A DNA stretch of 64,000 nt from the IMG/VR virus record IMGVR_UViG_2721755777_000003, positions 1-64,000 of that record, one strand, 5' to 3'. Below, one piece after another: positions 62,535 through 64,000 of this stretch. Source of the stretch: an uncultured virus (IMG/VR IMGVR_UViG_2721755777_000003). Lineage: Duplodnaviria > Heunggongvirae > Uroviricota > Caudoviricetes. How positions within the stretch are numbered: position 1 is the first letter of the stretch; every line of letters begins with the position of its first letter. Position numbers and translations under genes: made by a program. Below the pieces are notes generated by a model. The model was not told the origin of the DNA and searched no databases. It worked only from the letters and a program-made list of their open reading frames with translations.

Positions 62535-63689
62535 CTAGAGCGCAATTAAATTTAATACTTCATCTGAGTATCCACGCTTTTTCAATTCAATCAAAGGTAG
62601 ATTTAGACAGAGCCTATCGCCTGATTTTTTGAATTTCTTTATACTCTCGTGAAAATTGGACATATCATTATACAGCAAGCCCTTAACGTGATAAAGAAAC
62701 CCTAAATCATCATCCAGAACATCATGTTCTTCAATTTTTTTAATAACATCTTCTGCTTTCTTAGTTTCTTTGATATTAGTCAAATAAAAAGCAGCTTCAA
62801 TCATATCCGGTATTTCTTGAGACTCGAAATCTACCCATTTGTTTTCTCTCGCCCAGACATTATCTAAAAAGCAAAGTGCGAGTCGTAATTTATAATGATG
62901 ATGGCTATTGTCTTTTGCAAAGTTCAAGCCTTTTTCATAGCATAGTTTTGCTTTAGCATAATCTTCAAAAATGTATGTATTCCCAAGTGTTAAATAACTA
63001 AATACAATCAATCTGTTATTATTGCATTCTTCAATTACAGCGCTACAATGTTTTCGGGTTTCTTCTAGTTCATAATCATTTAAGCTTATATTGGCCTTTA
63101 ACAGTTCAATTCGACCACTGTACGAATCTTTTATAAATCCATCAGACAGTTCGTCAATCTCCAGAAACTGAGCTGTACTTTTCATTAAGCCAAATTCTCC
63201 AATTTTCAAGTATTCGTACATAATCATAATATTCGAAAATGAATACATTTCAGGAGATTTAATTCTATATTTCCCAGTTTCCCGGATCGCTTCATTTATA
63301 GAAATTTTATTATTATTCAGTTTTCTATGTAGGGAATAAACCTGTCCCCATTCACGACTTATTGAATTAGATGATTCGCAAAGATTGCTTACGATCTTAT
63401 CAGTCAATGCATTCCATTGGTTTAAATCTGCATACTCGACAGACTGTCTTGCGCTTTTTTTATTGGGATCCAATGATAAGAAGTAGTCACTTAGAAGCTG
63501 CTCTTCATTATCCGGAAACAAGCTCTTAACAATATTAATTAAACCGCCTAAGTTGTCCATTTCTTTCTCTGGGGTGTTGATGAATTTGTAAAAACCATTA
63601 ACCTTTTCGTACCCTGCTATTTTTGAGAGTTTCGCTGCGAGCTGGTTGTCTTTTTCACATTCATTCTTAATCATCTGCTTAAGATTCAT
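62535..63689 (-). CDS. aimR: Arbitrium receptor (HTH-TPR)
   Basis: N-terminus resembles phi3T AimR (MIKNECEKDNQLAA); TPR-like repeats; followed by aimP. Confidence 0.93.
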   Translation of the reverse strand: MNLKQMIKNECEKDNQLAAKLSKIAGYEKVNGFYKFINTPEKEMDNLGGLINIVKSLFPDNEEQLLSDYFLSLDPNKKSARQSVEYADLNQWNALTDKIVSNLCESSNSISREWGQVYSLHRKLNNNKISINEAIRETGKYRIKSPEMYSFSNIMIMYEYLKIGEFGLMKSTAQFLEIDELSDGFIKDSYSGRIELLKANISLNDYELEETRKHCSAVIEECNNNRLIVFSYLTLGNTYIFEDYAKAKLCYEKGLNFAKDNSHHHYKLRLALCFLDNVWARENKWVDFESQEIPDMIEAAFYLTNIKETKKAEDVIKKIEEHDVLDDDLGFLYHVKGLLYNDMSNFHESIKKFKKSGDRLCLNLPLIELKKRGYSDEVLNLIAL

Positions 63690-63730
63690 TGGTTACTCCA
63701 CCCCTTCCCAACTAATGTTCCCTTGTTTAT

Positions 63731-63780
63731 AATATACATTAGAGTTGTCAGAATTACAAGTATTTATTTTATTTTTATTC
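63731..63780 (-). promoter_or_regulatory. aimR promoter with upstream repeated element
   Basis: GAATAAAAATAAAATAAATAC-TTGTAA-N17-TATATT. Confidence 0.7.
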
Positions 63781-64000
63781 TAATTATTTTTTAAGGAACC
63801 CTTATCTGTTTAAAATTCGTATTTTATATAAACCGGCACAATAAGAATCCTTACTGTGCCTTAAAGATATTTAGTCCGAGTTTATCTTTATTGCTCCTTA
63901 TCACCAGGCCAAATACACATTTCAATTTCACTTTTTAACTTCTTTTTTGTTTCTTCGTCTAATTTGTTATAGAGAGTGCGAAGAAGATTACGCTGATCAA

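Larger units (their letters stand above)
922..64000. mobile_element. SPbeta-like (phi3T-related) prophage, early/replication arm; continues beyond the window
   Basis: Gene order yot-sspC-yos-nrd-yor-yoq-yop-aimR as in SPbeta; low GC; sharp boundary inside pbuX. Confidence 0.97.

Overview
AT-rich arm of an SPbeta-like (phi3T-related) Bacillus prophage, inserted into the host xanthine permease gene pbuX. Only the 3' part of pbuX (1-921) is host DNA. Almost all phage genes are on the minus strand. In transcription order: arbitrium locus (aimR, aimP with predicted peptide SASRGA, aimX); lysogeny genes (yopP/Q/R/S-like); a long run of small early and accessory genes including a Gad1-like anti-Gabija protein, SRAP plus ligase and three dUTPases; the replication block (yorE-yorM); and nucleotide metabolism (nrdI/E/F with two group I introns, thioredoxin, thyA, dfr). 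The arm ends with sspC, a RecU-like gene and a small ORF in the recombination directionality factor position next to the att junction. Less expected features: a candidate three-gene anti-defence cluster, a Cys-rich bacteriocin-like gene with an unannotated immunity-like partner, stand-alone secreted-protein cassettes, tiny genes joined by a repeated 16-bp junction, and a LexA box heading an early operon. Family assignments come from motif recognition and recalled homologues, not database searches.
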